Of a DNA stretch of 64,000 nt, positions 1-13,873 are shown piece by piece. Under the pieces are notes generated by a model. The model worked only from the letters and a program-made list of their open reading frames with translations. It had not been told where the DNA came from and made no database searches. The position numbers and the translations under genes were made by a program. Within the stretch, counting starts at the first letter, position 1. The number at the start of each line of letters is the position of its first letter. Source of the stretch: an uncultured delta proteobacterium (GTDB lineage: Bacteria > Desulfobacterota > Binatia > Binatales > Binataceae); the NCBI GenBank assembly GCA_963724765.1, contig CAVRVY010000004.1, positions 160,001 to 224,000 of the forward strand. The letters are read 5' to 3'.

Positions 1-660
1 TATCGGCAGACGTCGCAAGAGGAATTGCGCGACGCGCCGCTGATTGTCGCGCTCGACTATGGAATCAAGCGCAACATCCTACATCGTCTGGTCGCCAGCG
101 GCTTTCGCGTGCGAGTGATGCCGGCTGCGGCGACCGCCGCGGAGATCCTCGCACCCAATCCCGACGGCGTCTTTCTTTCTAACGGTCCTGCCGATCCGGC
201 TGCGCTGCCCTACGCGAGCGAAGCGGTGCGCGGCGTGCTCGGGCGCAAGCCGATTTTCGGAATCTGTCTCGGCCATCAGATTCTCGGCCTCGCGCTCGGC
301 GGGCGAACTTACAAACTCGGCTTCGGCCATCACGGCGCGAACCATCCGGTGATGGACCTGCGTACGCGGAAGGTCGAGATTACTTCGCAGAACCACGGCT
401 TCGCAGTGGACGCCGACTCGCTCGCGGGACGCGCGGAGCTATCGCATCTCAACCTCAACGACAAAACGGTCGAGGGCCTCTGCGGCGTCGGCGTGCCGTT
501 CTTCTCGGTGCAGTACCATCCCGAGGCCTCGCCCGGACCGCATGACGCGGGCTACCTGTTCGCGCGTTTTCGCCGCCTGGTCGAGGAATTTCCACGATCG
601 GGCGCGAACGCGCTCGACCGTATCGCCGCCGAAGAGCGCGGCGCCGGCCTGGACGTTTAA
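1..660 (+). CDS. carA: Carbamoyl-phosphate synthase small subunit, 3' part (5' end outside window)
   Basis: GATase motifs [32 protein letters not shown]; directly upstream of carB. Confidence 0.97.
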   Translation, partial: YRQTSQEELRDAPLIVALDYGIKRNILHRLVASGFRVRVMPAAATAAEILAPNPDGVFLSNGPADPAALPYASEAVRGVLGRKPIFGICLGHQILGLALGGRTYKLGFGHHGANHPVMDLRTRKVEITSQNHGFAVDADSLAGRAELSHLNLNDKTVEGLCGVGVPFFSVQYHPEASPGPHDAGYLFARFRRLVEEFPRSGANALDRIAAEERGAGLDV

Positions 661-3930
<3,270 letters not shown>

Positions 3931-3974
3931 TCTGCTGCCGCGCCCTGGCGTATCAATCTCCGTGCTCACGCGCG

Positions 3975-6077
3975 ATGCCGCTTGAGATGCAGACTGTGCT
4001 GAGCGCGCTGAGCGGCGTCGGCCCCAAGCGCGCCGCGGCGCTCGCCGACCGTGGTATTGCGACCATCGCCGACCTGCTGTTCAACCTGCCGCTGCACTAC
4101 CAGGACTGGCGCTCGCGCACGCCGCTTACGGAACTCAAGCCCGCGACCTTGGCCGTCGTCGAGGGGCGTCTCGTCGGATTCAAGGAGCGCCCGATGCGCG
4201 GGATGCGCTGGCGGCGGATGGCGACCGGATGGCTCGAAGGCCTAGGCGGCGCGCGACTGCGCGTTGTCTGGTTCAATCTGCCGGTCTACATGAAGGGACG
4301 CATGCCCAACGGCGAGCGCGTCGTGATGCATGGCCGCGTGAGCGAGGCGCCCGACCGCGGTTTGGAAATCATTCATCCCGAAGTTTATCCGCTGGATTCG
4401 GGCTCGCCGCCCGCGGTGCGTCCCGTGTATGGCCTGCCCGCTGAGATTGGTCAACGGGTCTATGCCGGGCTGGTCGCGCAGGCGCTGGCTGCCCTCGGCG
4501 CGCGAATCGAGGGCGCGATGCCAGCCGCGCTGCGCGCTGAGGCCGGCGTGATGACGCTCGGCGAGGCGCTGCGGATGCTCCATCAGCCGCCCGCCGACGC
4601 CGACCCGGCGAAGTTCGAGTCCGGTGACAGCGCCGCGCATTTCGCGCTCGCCTTCGATGAGATGTTCGCGTTTCAACTCGCGATGGGAATCGATCGGATG
4701 CGAGCGGAGCGGCGCATCGGCGCACGAATGGACGCTCCGGCCAGGTTGACCGCGCGCCTGCTCGAGACGCTGCCGTTTGCTCCGACGCGAGCGCAACTTC
4801 GCGCGATCGAGGAAATCGGCGCGGACCTTGCGCGAGCGCATCCGATGAATCGCCTGCTGATGGGCGACGTCGGCAGCGGCAAAACGCTGGTCGCGCTATG
4901 GGCGGCGCTGCGTGCGGCCGAGTCGGGATGGCAGGTCGCGATGATGGCGCCGACGGAGTTGCTCGCCGAGCAGCACTATCGCAGCTTCATGGCGCTGTGC
5001 GGTGCGCTCGGCGTGCCGGCCGCGCTGCTGCTCGGCAAGACTCCGCCCTCCGAGCGCGCACGGACGCTTCGGCTGCTCGCCTCGGGCACGATTCCCGTGG
5101 TTTTTGGCACCCACGCGCTCATCCAGGAGGGCGTCGCGCTCAGGAGCCTGGGCCTCGCGGTTATCGACGAGCAGCATCGCTTCGGCGTTTTCGATCGCGC
5201 GCGCCTGAAAGCACTGGGCCCCAGCGCTCACGTATTGCTGATGACGGCGACGCCGATACCGCGAAGCCTCGCGCTCACGCTGCTTGCCAACCTTGATATT
5301 TCGGCGCTCGACGAGATGCCGCCGGGACGGACGCCGGTTCTGACCGAAATTTTTACCGAAGGACGGATCGCCGAGGTCGACGCGATCGTGCTCAAGGAAC
5401 TCGAGGCCGGACGGCGCGCGTACTATATCGTTCCACTGATCGAGGGCGAGGAGGAAGGCGACGAACGGCTGTCCGTGGCGGCGACGGCCAAGCGGCTCGG
5501 CGCGGGGCCGCTCGGCGGTTTCAAAATTGGCACGCTGCACGCCAGGATGCGCCCGGCGGACAAGGAGCGCGCGATGCGTGCGTTTCGCGACGGCGCGCTC
5601 GACGTGCTGGTCTCGACCACGGTGGTCGAGGTCGGAATTGATGTGCCCGAAGCCAGCGTGATCGTGGTGATCGCGGCGGAGCGTTATGGACTCGCGCAGC
5701 TTCATCAATTGCGTGGCAGGGTGGGGCGGGGCGCGGCGGCCTCGCGATGCTGCCTGGTGGTCTCGCGCGAGAACGCCCGCGGCCGGCTCGATGTGCGGCT
5801 CGATGTGATGGTCCGCGCTACCAGCGGGACCGAGGTCGCCCGCGCCGACCTCGAGCTGCGCGGCCCCGGCGATTTGCTCGGCGCAAGACAAAGCGGCGCA
5901 CTGCCGCTGCGCTTTGCCGACTTCATCCATGACGGCCGGCTTATCGAGCAGGCCCGGGCGATGGCGGAGAGCTGGCTTAAGCGTGACCCCTCGCTCGAAC
6001 GGCCTGATTCCGCCGGGGCCCGCGCGGCGCTTCTGCGGATGCTGGATTTCGGCTTCAGCCTCGGAGATATAGGCTAG
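3975..6077 (+). CDS. recG: ATP-dependent DNA helicase RecG
   Basis: GDVGSGKT, MAPTELLAEQH, DEQH, MTATPIPRSL, QLHQLRGRVGRG motifs. Confidence 0.97.
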   Translation: MPLEMQTVLSALSGVGPKRAAALADRGIATIADLLFNLPLHYQDWRSRTPLTELKPATLAVVEGRLVGFKERPMRGMRWRRMATGWLEGLGGARLRVVWFNLPVYMKGRMPNGERVVMHGRVSEAPDRGLEIIHPEVYPLDSGSPPAVRPVYGLPAEIGQRVYAGLVAQALAALGARIEGAMPAALRAEAGVMTLGEALRMLHQPPADADPAKFESGDSAAHFALAFDEMFAFQLAMGIDRMRAERRIGARMDAPARLTARLLETLPFAPTRAQLRAIEEIGADLARAHPMNRLLMGDVGSGKTLVALWAALRAAESGWQVAMMAPTELLAEQHYRSFMALCGALGVPAALLLGKTPPSERARTLRLLASGTIPVVFGTHALIQEGVALRSLGLAVIDEQHRFGVFDRARLKALGPSAHVLLMTATPIPRSLALTLLANLDISALDEMPPGRTPVLTEIFTEGRIAEVDAIVLKELEAGRRAYYIVPLIEGEEEGDERLSVAATAKRLGAGPLGGFKIGTLHARMRPADKERAMRAFRDGALDVLVSTTVVEVGIDVPEASVIVVIAAERYGLAQLHQLRGRVGRGAAASRCCLVVSRENARGRLDVRLDVMVRATSGTEVARADLELRGPGDLLGARQSGALPLRFADFIHDGRLIEQARAMAESWLKRDPSLERPDSAGARAALLRMLDFGFSLGDIG
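5784..5807. repeat. 12-bp tandem duplication inside recG (CGGCTCGATGTG x2, encodes RLDVRLDV)
   Basis: Direct tandem repeat read from sequence; in frame. Confidence 0.8.
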
Positions 6078-6571
6078 TGGTGATGGCGCAGGCGAAATCC
6101 AGATCGAAAGGGCAGGGCTCAGAGCGAAACATAAAGCATCGGCGGGAAATCTCCGCCGGCGGGCTCATCTGGCGGCGCCGCGGCGACGGGTCGATAAGCG
6201 TGGTGCTGGTAAGGCCGGCTGGACGCAGCACCTGGGTGCTGCCCAAGGGGCATGTAGAGGCCGGCGAGACGGTCCCGCAGGCCGCGATGCGCGAGGTGCG
6301 TGAGGAGAGCGGCCTTACGGTGGGAGCGATCGAGCCGCTCGGCGAAATCTCCTACGTTTATTCGTCACGCGAGCGCAACGGCGCGACGCTCACCCGGATT
6401 TTCAAGCGCGTGCATTTCTTCCTGATGGAACATACGGGTGGCGATCCCTCGGCGCACGACTCGGAAACCGAGGAGGTCGCCTGGTTGACCTTGGATGAAG
6501 CTCTGGCCCGCGCGACTCATCCGAGCGAGCAGGAGCTGATCGCCAAAGCGCGCGTGATGCTCGGCGCGTAA
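6077..6571 (+). CDS. NUDIX hydrolase
   Basis: Nudix box GHVEAGETVPQAAMREVREESG. Confidence 0.92.
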   Translation: MVMAQAKSRSKGQGSERNIKHRREISAGGLIWRRRGDGSISVVLVRPAGRSTWVLPKGHVEAGETVPQAAMREVREESGLTVGAIEPLGEISYVYSSRERNGATLTRIFKRVHFFLMEHTGGDPSAHDSETEEVAWLTLDEALARATHPSEQELIAKARVMLGA

Positions 6572-6589
6572 CATCGCGCCGAAAACGGC

Positions 6590-7894
6590 CTATGAGCGGG
6601 GCGGAGCGGGCGCCGCGGGCATGGATGCGGCGGCGCCGATCACGCTCGCACGCCACACCGCCGGCGCGAGTTCGGCCGATTGCATCGCGCCCGGGCCGAT
6701 GATCGCGAGCACCGCCGCGCCGCGGCGCTCAACATGATGCGCCGCCGGCGCGGTTCGGTCGAGGATCCCCTCGTAGGCCTGGGTGAAGGCCGCGGCGCTC
6801 GTATAGTCGCTCAACACCACGATCCAAATGATAGTGGTCGCGCCGCCGTTTTGCAGCACGGTCATCCGATCTCCGCGCCACGCGCGCGCCAGCGCAGCCC
6901 CTGCCTGATCGCCCGGACTGCGCGTAAGAATGACGCGCAGGAGCAACTCGCCGTAGGTGTCTTCCGCGACCTCGCGCCATCCCATGAGCGCCCGCGTCCA
7001 TCCGCCGACGGTTATCGCCAGCGGCGAGGAATGGCTGAAGTAGAGCGCTGGCTCGAGGATCTCCCGCGTCGAGAGCGGCGGGTTGCGATAGAGCGCATTC
7101 ACCGCCTTCCAGCCGCCGCGCAGGTAGGCCTCGCCGACGAAGCGGGTCCCGTCGGTGTACTGGAAGATGAGCGAATCGCGCAGCGCTGCCGGCGTGCCAG
7201 GCGATTGGACGTCGAACAGCGTGGGCATTTTCTCGAGATGGGTCAGCAGCGTGTGAATAGTGTCGGCGTCGATGAGCCCGGTGGTATAGCCGTAGCCAAC
7301 AAGCGTCGCGTCGCCCTCGGCCACCGATTTCAGCGCGAGCCGGCGATCGTCATTGTCGGTGATTCGATCGAGCGCGGCATGGACGCCGAAATACTGGTCC
7401 TGCAGCGCGTGGGTCAACTCGTGCGCGACCAGCATCTCGCGCGTCGAATCCTTGTGGGTGAAAAAACCCTTGATTTCCGACCACAGGCTGGGCTGGGATT
7501 TGCCCTTGACCAGGATCATTTCCCGATCCTGGGGATCGTAAAAGCCCACCACCTGTCTGCTCAGCACGCGCATCGTCTGCGCCTTGAGGTCAGTTCCCTG
7601 ATCATAAAGTCCCGTAAGCTCGCCAACTATGGCGGCGCGCTGGAGCTCAGCCTCGTCGTGATGGCGCTCCACTTCGCGTTCCAGCACGAGATTGGCCTGG
7701 CCCTGGTCCATCAGCAGCAGCGGCACGTCGGTTTGGAAGTTGAGCTGGCGCAATTCCTGTACGTCGGAATAAATCTGCTCGGCCCGTCGAAGGTTGACCT
7801 GGCCACCGCTCACCACCGCCCAGGCGCATCCGGAGAACCCGAGCAGAACCAGCGCGGCGCTTCGATAAAGCCGCGATGGATGCCGCGAACGCAT
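6590..7894 (-). CDS. Exported putative zinc metallopeptidase (HExxH...E), paralog 2
   Basis: VAHELTHALQDQYF...VAEGDAT; hydrophobic N-terminus; start placed at ATG 7894 next to the upstream stop at 7896. Confidence 0.7.
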   Translation of the reverse strand: MRSRHPSRLYRSAALVLLGFSGCAWAVVSGGQVNLRRAEQIYSDVQELRQLNFQTDVPLLLMDQGQANLVLEREVERHHDEAELQRAAIVGELTGLYDQGTDLKAQTMRVLSRQVVGFYDPQDREMILVKGKSQPSLWSEIKGFFTHKDSTREMLVAHELTHALQDQYFGVHAALDRITDNDDRRLALKSVAEGDATLVGYGYTTGLIDADTIHTLLTHLEKMPTLFDVQSPGTPAALRDSLIFQYTDGTRFVGEAYLRGGWKAVNALYRNPPLSTREILEPALYFSHSSPLAITVGGWTRALMGWREVAEDTYGELLLRVILTRSPGDQAGAALARAWRGDRMTVLQNGGATTIIWIVVLSDYTSAAAFTQAYEGILDRTAPAAHHVERRGAAVLAIIGPGAMQSAELAPAVWRASVIGAAASMPAAPAPPRS

Positions 7895-7895
7895 C

Positions 7896-9299
7896 TCAGC
7901 GCGCGGCGGCGAGCCGGCGAAGCGGCGCGGAGGGGGCGAGCGGCGCGCCGGCATGAAGCGACGGACCGCCCGGCGTGATCGCTGGTGGCGGAGCCGTGAT
8001 CGTGCTCGCCTTCCACACCGCCGGCCCAAGCCGGTCGAAATGCGCGGCCGCCTCGCCGACCGCCAGGAGCACCGCGTCGCCCTTGACTTCGACGCGATGC
8101 GTCGCCGGATGACCGTGCATGTGATCGAGCACCTTACGATAAACAGCCGCGAAGCGAGAGGCCGCATCGGCGTCGCGAAACGCCAGCATCCAAATGACGC
8201 TCACCGACTCGCCCTTGCGCAGCATCACGATCCGGTCGCCCGCCCATTTGGCGGCGAGCGCCAGGTCCGGCGACGCCGCGCCGCGCGTGTTTTCCAGGAT
8301 GATGCGCAGGCCAAGCTCGCCCAGCGTGTCTTCGTCGGATTTATGCCAGCCGCTGATCCGCGACTGGTAACCCGCAACGGTGACCGTATCGGGAAGGGTG
8401 GGGTGGTCGAAGTAGAGCGACGGATCGATGATCTGCTGGGTGGACTGCGGGGGATCGCCGTAGAGCTTGTCGACCGCCTTCCAGCCTCCGCGCTGGTAGG
8501 CCTCGGCGACGAACTTGACGCCGTCGGTGTACTGAAAAATCAGCGGCTCGGCTACGCCTCGCGGCACGCCGGCGGCTGCGCCAGTGAAGGTTTGCGAAAA
8601 GCTCTGCAGATTGCCGATCAGCGTAGAAAGGATGACCGAGTCCATGCGGCCCAGCATGCAGGCGTAACCCGCGATGGTCGCGTCGCCCTCGGCTACCGAG
8701 TGCAGCGCGAGCGCGCGGTCGCCGTTGCTCTTGAGCGCTTCATCTTTCGCGCCGAAGTCGAAGTTCTGATCCTGCAGTGCGTGGGTGAACTCGTGAGCCA
8801 GGATCATGTCCTCCAGTTTGGTCTGGAGTTCGGGTGGCTGGCCGGGAAACTCGCGCTCCAGCGCGCCGCTCACGATCACCATGGTCTTTTTCTTGAAGTC
8901 GTAAAACGCGATCACCTGGCTTTCGAGCAGGTTCATGTTGGCGGCCTTGAGATTGACCGCCGGCGGATACAGTCCAATCAGCGCGCCGGCGCGACCGTCG
9001 GTGTCGATCGCCTCGGGCGTGTATTCGCTTTCCAGTTCCGTCTCCAGCAACTTGCCCGCCTCCTCGGTGCTGCGGACTTCGACCGGAACCTTGTGCTTGA
9101 GCTTGAGCAGGCGCACTTCCTGGATGGTCTGCTCGACCGCGGCCGCCTGCTGTTCGTTGACCTTGCCGTTTTCCGCCTGCGCCTGTACGCATCGCGCGCT
9201 GGACACCGCCAAAAGAATCGCGGCGATTATCGAAAACAACAGCGGATGGCGCGGGGAGAACAACAGACGGTGCGGGAAGGGGCGGATGAGGTATTTCAT
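7896..9299 (-). CDS. Exported putative zinc metallopeptidase (HExxH...E), paralog 1
   Basis: LAHEFTHALQDQNF...VAEGDAT; signal peptide; colinear with downstream paralog (shared FQYTDG..FV.EAY.RGGWKAV). Confidence 0.72.
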   Translation of the reverse strand: MKYLIRPFPHRLLFSPRHPLLFSIIAAILLAVSSARCVQAQAENGKVNEQQAAAVEQTIQEVRLLKLKHKVPVEVRSTEEAGKLLETELESEYTPEAIDTDGRAGALIGLYPPAVNLKAANMNLLESQVIAFYDFKKKTMVIVSGALEREFPGQPPELQTKLEDMILAHEFTHALQDQNFDFGAKDEALKSNGDRALALHSVAEGDATIAGYACMLGRMDSVILSTLIGNLQSFSQTFTGAAAGVPRGVAEPLIFQYTDGVKFVAEAYQRGGWKAVDKLYGDPPQSTQQIIDPSLYFDHPTLPDTVTVAGYQSRISGWHKSDEDTLGELGLRIILENTRGAASPDLALAAKWAGDRIVMLRKGESVSVIWMLAFRDADAASRFAAVYRKVLDHMHGHPATHRVEVKGDAVLLAVGEAAAHFDRLGPAVWKASTITAPPPAITPGGPSLHAGAPLAPSAPLRRLAAAR

Positions 9300-9970
9300 T
9301 CGCTGATGATTATAACCGGCAGTCCCAAGCGTGCGGTCTGGACCGCACGCGCCTGGGCCTGCTCGCGGGTTGCGAATCCACCCATCCGCACACGGTAATA
9401 GCGCCTGCCTCCGGTATCAAGCTCACTCAGCTTCACGTCGGCGTAGTATGCGGCGAGGCGAACACGGATATTCTCAGCGTTGCCCGGGTCGGCGTACGAT
9501 CCGGCTTGCACGAAGTATTGCGGCTCGCCCGCGGGATCGAACTCCGGCGTCGACACCAGGTCCATCCGCACCAGTGCGGTGCCGGGCCCGACCATCCCGA
9601 GCGCACGCGCCGCGCCATAGGAAAGATCGATCTTGCGTCCCTTGCGAAACGGTCCGCGATCGTTGATTCGCACCTCGACCGCGCGTCCGCTGCCGAGATC
9701 GGTCACGATCACACGCGAACCCAGCGGAAAGATACTCGAAGCGGCGGTCATCTGGTCCTGGTTGTAGATTTCGCCGGTCGCGGTCGGATGGCCGTTGAAG
9801 CCCGGCCCATACCATGACGCCTTGCCGACGACGGAACGGATTGAACCCGGCCCGGACGGAACGAGCGCCAGCCCCGCGCTCGGCGACGGCTGGCGCGAGG
9901 CGCATCCCGCCGCCATCGCACACGCAGCCAACGCGAGCCCCAGCCACCGCCGCCTCATCATCATCCGCAC
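9296..9970 (-). CDS. rlpA: Septal ring lytic transglycosylase RlpA with SPOR domain
   Basis: Lipobox AAGC; GKASWYG..F.G..TATGE, VRINDRGPF, IDLS; C-terminal SPOR-like VQAGSY...YRVRMG. Confidence 0.93.
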   Translation of the reverse strand: MRMMMRRRWLGLALAACAMAAGCASRQPSPSAGLALVPSGPGSIRSVVGKASWYGPGFNGHPTATGEIYNQDQMTAASSIFPLGSRVIVTDLGSGRAVEVRINDRGPFRKGRKIDLSYGAARALGMVGPGTALVRMDLVSTPEFDPAGEPQYFVQAGSYADPGNAENIRVRLAAYYADVKLSELDTGGRRYYRVRMGGFATREQAQARAVQTARLGLPVIIISE

Positions 9971-10207
9971 CTATCGCGCACCCTCTTCGGGCACCGCAGC
10001 CGGCTTCGGCGCCCGGACCACAGGCGCCATCCCGCGCCTTCACCGGACGATTATAAGCGGTGGTGCGCGGGTTGAGAAATACGCCCCGGCGCGGCTCAAG
10101 CGCATCTCAGCCATATCTGTTGACAGCCGATGGTTCCGGCGTGTCGGCGCGCCGCACTTCGCATGGTAGCATCAAACGAGCGTGGCCGGCCCTGGCTACG
10201 CACCAGC

Positions 10208-11368
10208 ATGCTGCGAAACCGGGAGGATCTCGAGGAGTTGGAGGCGCGCACGCTCGCGCCTTACGCGATGCTGTCGCGGATGAGCCGCGGGCGGCGTTTC
10301 CCCGAGCCGCCGCATCCGATGCGCACGGCGTTCCAGCGCGACCGCGACCGTATCATTCATTCCGCCGCCTTCCGCCGCCTCGAATACAAGACCCAGGTCT
10401 TCGTCGACCACGAAGGCGATTACTACCGCACCCGTCTGACGCATACGGTGGAGGCCGCACAAATCACCCGCACGGTGGCGCGGGCGCTGGGCCTCAACTC
10501 GGAACTGGCCGAGGCGGTCGCGCTCGCGCACGATCTCGGCCACACGCCGTTCGGCCATGCCGGCGAGCGGGCGCTGCGCGCGCTGATGGAGCCCCACGGC
10601 GGTTTCGATCACAACGCGCAGAGCCTGCGCACGGTCGACTGGATCGAAGTGCGTTACCCGAATTTCCGCGGGCTCAACCTGACTTTCGAAGTCCGCGAGG
10701 GAATCATCAAGCACTCCGAGTTCAAGCTGCGCCCGGCGGCGGCCGAGTTCGACCCCTTGTTATTCCCGTGCCTGGAGGCGCAAATCGTCGACCTCGCCGA
10801 CGAAATCGCCTACCTCGCGCATGACGTCGACGACGGGCTGAAGGCCGAGATGCTGACGGTGGAAGACCTCGACCGTACGCACCTGTTCCACCAGGCCGCC
10901 GCCGCCGCGCACGAGGCGAGCCCGCGCGCCGAACCAGGGGTCGTGCGTTACCAGACCGTGATTCGCATGATCGACGCGATGGTGACCGACCTGGTCATCA
11001 ACATCAGCGGTGAACTCGAGCGCGGCTCGATTCGCAGCGTCGACGACGTGCGGCGCGCCGGGCGGGCGCTCGCGAACTTCGGCGGGGCGATGGCGCCGAT
11101 GGTGGAAGAGCTCAAACAACTGATGCGCGAGCGGCTGTATCGCCATTATCGGGTCAGCCGGATGACCGGCAAGGCGGGCAGGGTGCTCGAGCGCCTGTTC
11201 GAAACCTACATGGGCGAACCGCGCCAGATGCCCGGCCATGTGCTTCACCGTATCGAGGTCGACGGCGAGGCGCTCGCGCGCGTGGTCGCCGATTATATCG
11301 CGGGAATGACCGACCGCTTCGCGCTGGATGAATACCGCAAACTCTTCGACCCCGATGAACGTGTCTGA
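10208..11368 (+). CDS. dgt: Deoxyguanosinetriphosphate triphosphohydrolase (HD family)
   Basis: FQRDRDRIIHSAAFRRLEYKTQVF, RTRLTH, HDLGHTPFGHAGE, DYIAGMTD. Confidence 0.95.
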   Translation: MLRNREDLEELEARTLAPYAMLSRMSRGRRFPEPPHPMRTAFQRDRDRIIHSAAFRRLEYKTQVFVDHEGDYYRTRLTHTVEAAQITRTVARALGLNSELAEAVALAHDLGHTPFGHAGERALRALMEPHGGFDHNAQSLRTVDWIEVRYPNFRGLNLTFEVREGIIKHSEFKLRPAAAEFDPLLFPCLEAQIVDLADEIAYLAHDVDDGLKAEMLTVEDLDRTHLFHQAAAAAHEASPRAEPGVVRYQTVIRMIDAMVTDLVINISGELERGSIRSVDDVRRAGRALANFGGAMAPMVEELKQLMRERLYRHYRVSRMTGKAGRVLERLFETYMGEPRQMPGHVLHRIEVDGEALARVVADYIAGMTDRFALDEYRKLFDPDERV

Positions 11369-12035
11369 CGCGCCGCCAAACGGATCCGAAAGAAAGGGAC
11401 GGGCGGCGCGCGCGCGCGGCTCCACGGCGAGCATCGTCATCCGGCGCGAGGATCATATCGGCGACTCATTGGGGTTTATCTTTCTGGAAGCCGACAACGA
11501 CCACGATGCGATAATCGAGCGGCTGCGCGAATACCTCGGCCCGCGCATCAGGATCCTCAAGGCCGAAATCGGCGTCGAACGGATCGAAGTCGAGGCCGGC
11601 GGGCGGCGCTTCGCCGAGGAGGCGGCGCGGCTGGCCGAAGCCGCCCAGGGGTTGCGGCGCAAGGGTGCGTCGCGCAACGCGATGGCGCATTTCAAGGAAG
11701 CGCTCGCGCTTGACCCGCTCAACGTGATGGCGCTCTGCGGGCTGAGTGCGCTGTTGGCGGCGCGCGATGATTACTCGGGGGCGTTCACTATGCTGTGCAA
11801 GGCACGCGAGGCTGGCGGCGACAGCGCCGCGGTGCTGCACGAGCTCGGCCGCGTGGCGGCCCGGATGGGGCGAATCGCGACGGCAATCGTGTACCTCGAA
11901 CGCGCTTGCGAACTGGCGCCGGACGACCTGGCAATCCGGCGAACGCTGGCGGATCTTGGGCGCAAGCCGCGCGCGACGGTGAAGCTCAAGGAACGGGCGG
12001 CTTTGAGCCAACGCGATCGCGAAAAAGGCCGGTGA
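11355..12035 (+). CDS. Tetratricopeptide-repeat protein
   Basis: TPR-like helices (FKEALALDP, LHELGR, YLERACELAP); start uncertain. Confidence 0.7.
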   Translation: MNVSDAPPNGSERKGRAARARGSTASIVIRREDHIGDSLGFIFLEADNDHDAIIERLREYLGPRIRILKAEIGVERIEVEAGGRRFAEEAARLAEAAQGLRRKGASRNAMAHFKEALALDPLNVMALCGLSALLAARDDYSGAFTMLCKAREAGGDSAAVLHELGRVAARMGRIATAIVYLERACELAPDDLAIRRTLADLGRKPRATVKLKERAALSQRDREKGR

Positions 12036-12044
12036 CATTCTTCC

Positions 12045-12163
12045 GTCATCCTGAGCGAGCGTCGCGCGAGTCGAAGGACCCCGAATCTTTCTGAGCGCAC
12101 ATCGCGAGAGTCTCGGCGCGAGACGATCGGGGTCCCTCGACTCGCAGACCCGCTCGGGATTAC
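12045..12163. repeat. REP-like palindromic intergenic repeat (GTCATCCTGAGCG...GAGTCGAAGGAC / GTCCCTCGACTCG...CGCTCGGGATTAC)
   Basis: Long imperfect inverted repeat; related copies at 27166-27197 and 53483-53564. Confidence 0.75.
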
Positions 12164-12252
12164 AGATAAGAAGGATCTCGCGCGGCATCCTCTGCCTGTG
12201 GCTTGCTCTGTGGTTTTCTCGTCCACGGCACGAACGCTACAATCGTCCCACT

Positions 12253-12582
12253 GTGAGGCCCATCGATCTGCGGCACGCGGCTGCGTTCGGCCTGCTCGCC
12301 GCCTGGTATCTGCTGACGCCGCCCTTCGCTCCTGGCGATCCGCCCGGGCCGCTGCAGATCAACGCGCCCCTCAGCCAGTGGAGCCAGGCGGATTCGTCCG
12401 ACACCGCGTCGGGATGCGACGAGCAGCGCGACAACATGCTGAGGATGTACCGCAGCGCCGACATGACTTCAGTGGCGATCCAGTTCAAGCTTTTGCTCTA
12501 CCACAATTCCGTATGCGTCTCCTCGGCCGACCCGCGTCTCAAGCAATCCGCCAAACAGACTGCTCGCCATCCGCTTAAATAG
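12253..12582 (+). CDS. Small secreted or membrane-anchored hypothetical protein with two Cys (WYLLTPP...APLSQW...CVSSADPRLK)
   Basis: Hydrophobic N-terminus; TACAAT -10-like box just upstream. Confidence 0.65.
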   Translation: MRPIDLRHAAAFGLLAAWYLLTPPFAPGDPPGPLQINAPLSQWSQADSSDTASGCDEQRDNMLRMYRSADMTSVAIQFKLLLYHNSVCVSSADPRLKQSAKQTARHPLK

Positions 12583-13738
12583 TACGGGCCTGCGGCCGCG
12601 ATGGCCGCGCGGCGTCCTCGACGGCCGTGAGTATCGCTTCGCCCAGCCGCTTCACCTGGCGCTCGACGTCGCAGCATTTCATGACCCGCGCGGGTCCCGC
12701 GGAGCCCATGCGCGCGCGCAAATCTGGATCGCCGGCGAGTTTCCGGATGGCGCCCGCAACCGCGTTGGAATCTCCGGGAGCAACGATTATCGCGCATTCG
12801 TCGTCAAGGATATCGATCACGCCTGACAAGGATGTTCCGATTACCGGCAGCCGCGCCCACAGGGCCTCGATGAAGGTCAGGCCAAAACCTTCGGACCCGG
12901 AGTTCGGCTGGCAATAGATATCGGCGGCGGCAAGCAGCCGCGGAAGATCATCATAGTAGCCGATGAACCTGACTCTATCCGCGATACCCAGTCCGGCGGC
13001 CTCGGCCTTGAGGGTATCGAGATATCGAAGCTGGTAGTCAAGTTCCGCACGTCCGGCAAACCAGCAGACTAGGTTGGGCAATTCGGTGAGCTTGTTGAGC
13101 GCCTGGAGATTGATCCGATGGCCCTTGTACGGCTCCATCCGGCCGACCTGGACAATGACGGTTGCGTCGGGAGCGGTTGAGAGGCCGGCGCGGACCGCGT
13201 CGCGTTCGGCGGTGGAAAAAATGCGCTGGTCGGGGAGCTCGGCCGGAACGTAAATAATCTCGCAGCGAACTTCGGGAAAAAGCTTAGGCAGGCTTTCCGC
13301 GGCTGCCTTGCTGATCGCGATCGCGAGGCTGGGCTTGCCCGGGCTCAGCAACCGCTCGTACCAGCGCCGGCTGTCGGCGGGGTCGTAGTGGATCAGAATA
13401 GCCGGGAGGTGTGCCGCACGAACCGCCGGCGCGAGCAGCGTATAGATCCAGGGGGCGTGTAGCACCGCGCCGTCGATTTCGCGCGCGCGCAAAATGTCGC
13501 GAAGATGGCGATGGGCGCGCCAGAAGGTTCTGATTCTCGGGTCTTGGATGAGATGGACGGGCGCGCCGGTTGCGCGCAGCGCGGACGCCTGGTGGCCGTC
13601 AAAGCAGAGCGCGAATTCCAGTTCCAGACCGGGGTAGAGATCGCGATGGCGGGCGAGGGTGGTCATCACCGTCTCGACCCCGCCATAAACGTTGCCTACG
13701 CCGATGTGCAGGATCCTCTTTCGACGGCTCGACGACAT
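12575..13738 (-). CDS. Glycosyltransferase family 4
   Basis: GGVE N-terminal motif, VGRMEPYKG, EGFGLTFIEAL. Confidence 0.92.
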   Translation of the reverse strand: MSSSRRKRILHIGVGNVYGGVETVMTTLARHRDLYPGLELEFALCFDGHQASALRATGAPVHLIQDPRIRTFWRAHRHLRDILRAREIDGAVLHAPWIYTLLAPAVRAAHLPAILIHYDPADSRRWYERLLSPGKPSLAIAISKAAAESLPKLFPEVRCEIIYVPAELPDQRIFSTAERDAVRAGLSTAPDATVIVQVGRMEPYKGHRINLQALNKLTELPNLVCWFAGRAELDYQLRYLDTLKAEAAGLGIADRVRFIGYYDDLPRLLAAADIYCQPNSGSEGFGLTFIEALWARLPVIGTSLSGVIDILDDECAIIVAPGDSNAVAGAIRKLAGDPDLRARMGSAGPARVMKCCDVERQVKRLGEAILTAVEDAARPSRPQARTI

Positions 13739-13873
13739 CGTGGCAGAGAAATCATGACAGGAAGCCGGTAGGAGTTCATCTGCTCAAGCGCTCGTCGGAG
13801 CGCGCAGGCTCGCCGCCGCGTTCAGAATTTCGCGTTGAGTTTCTTTGACGGCGATTTAGATGCGCAGCGAAAT

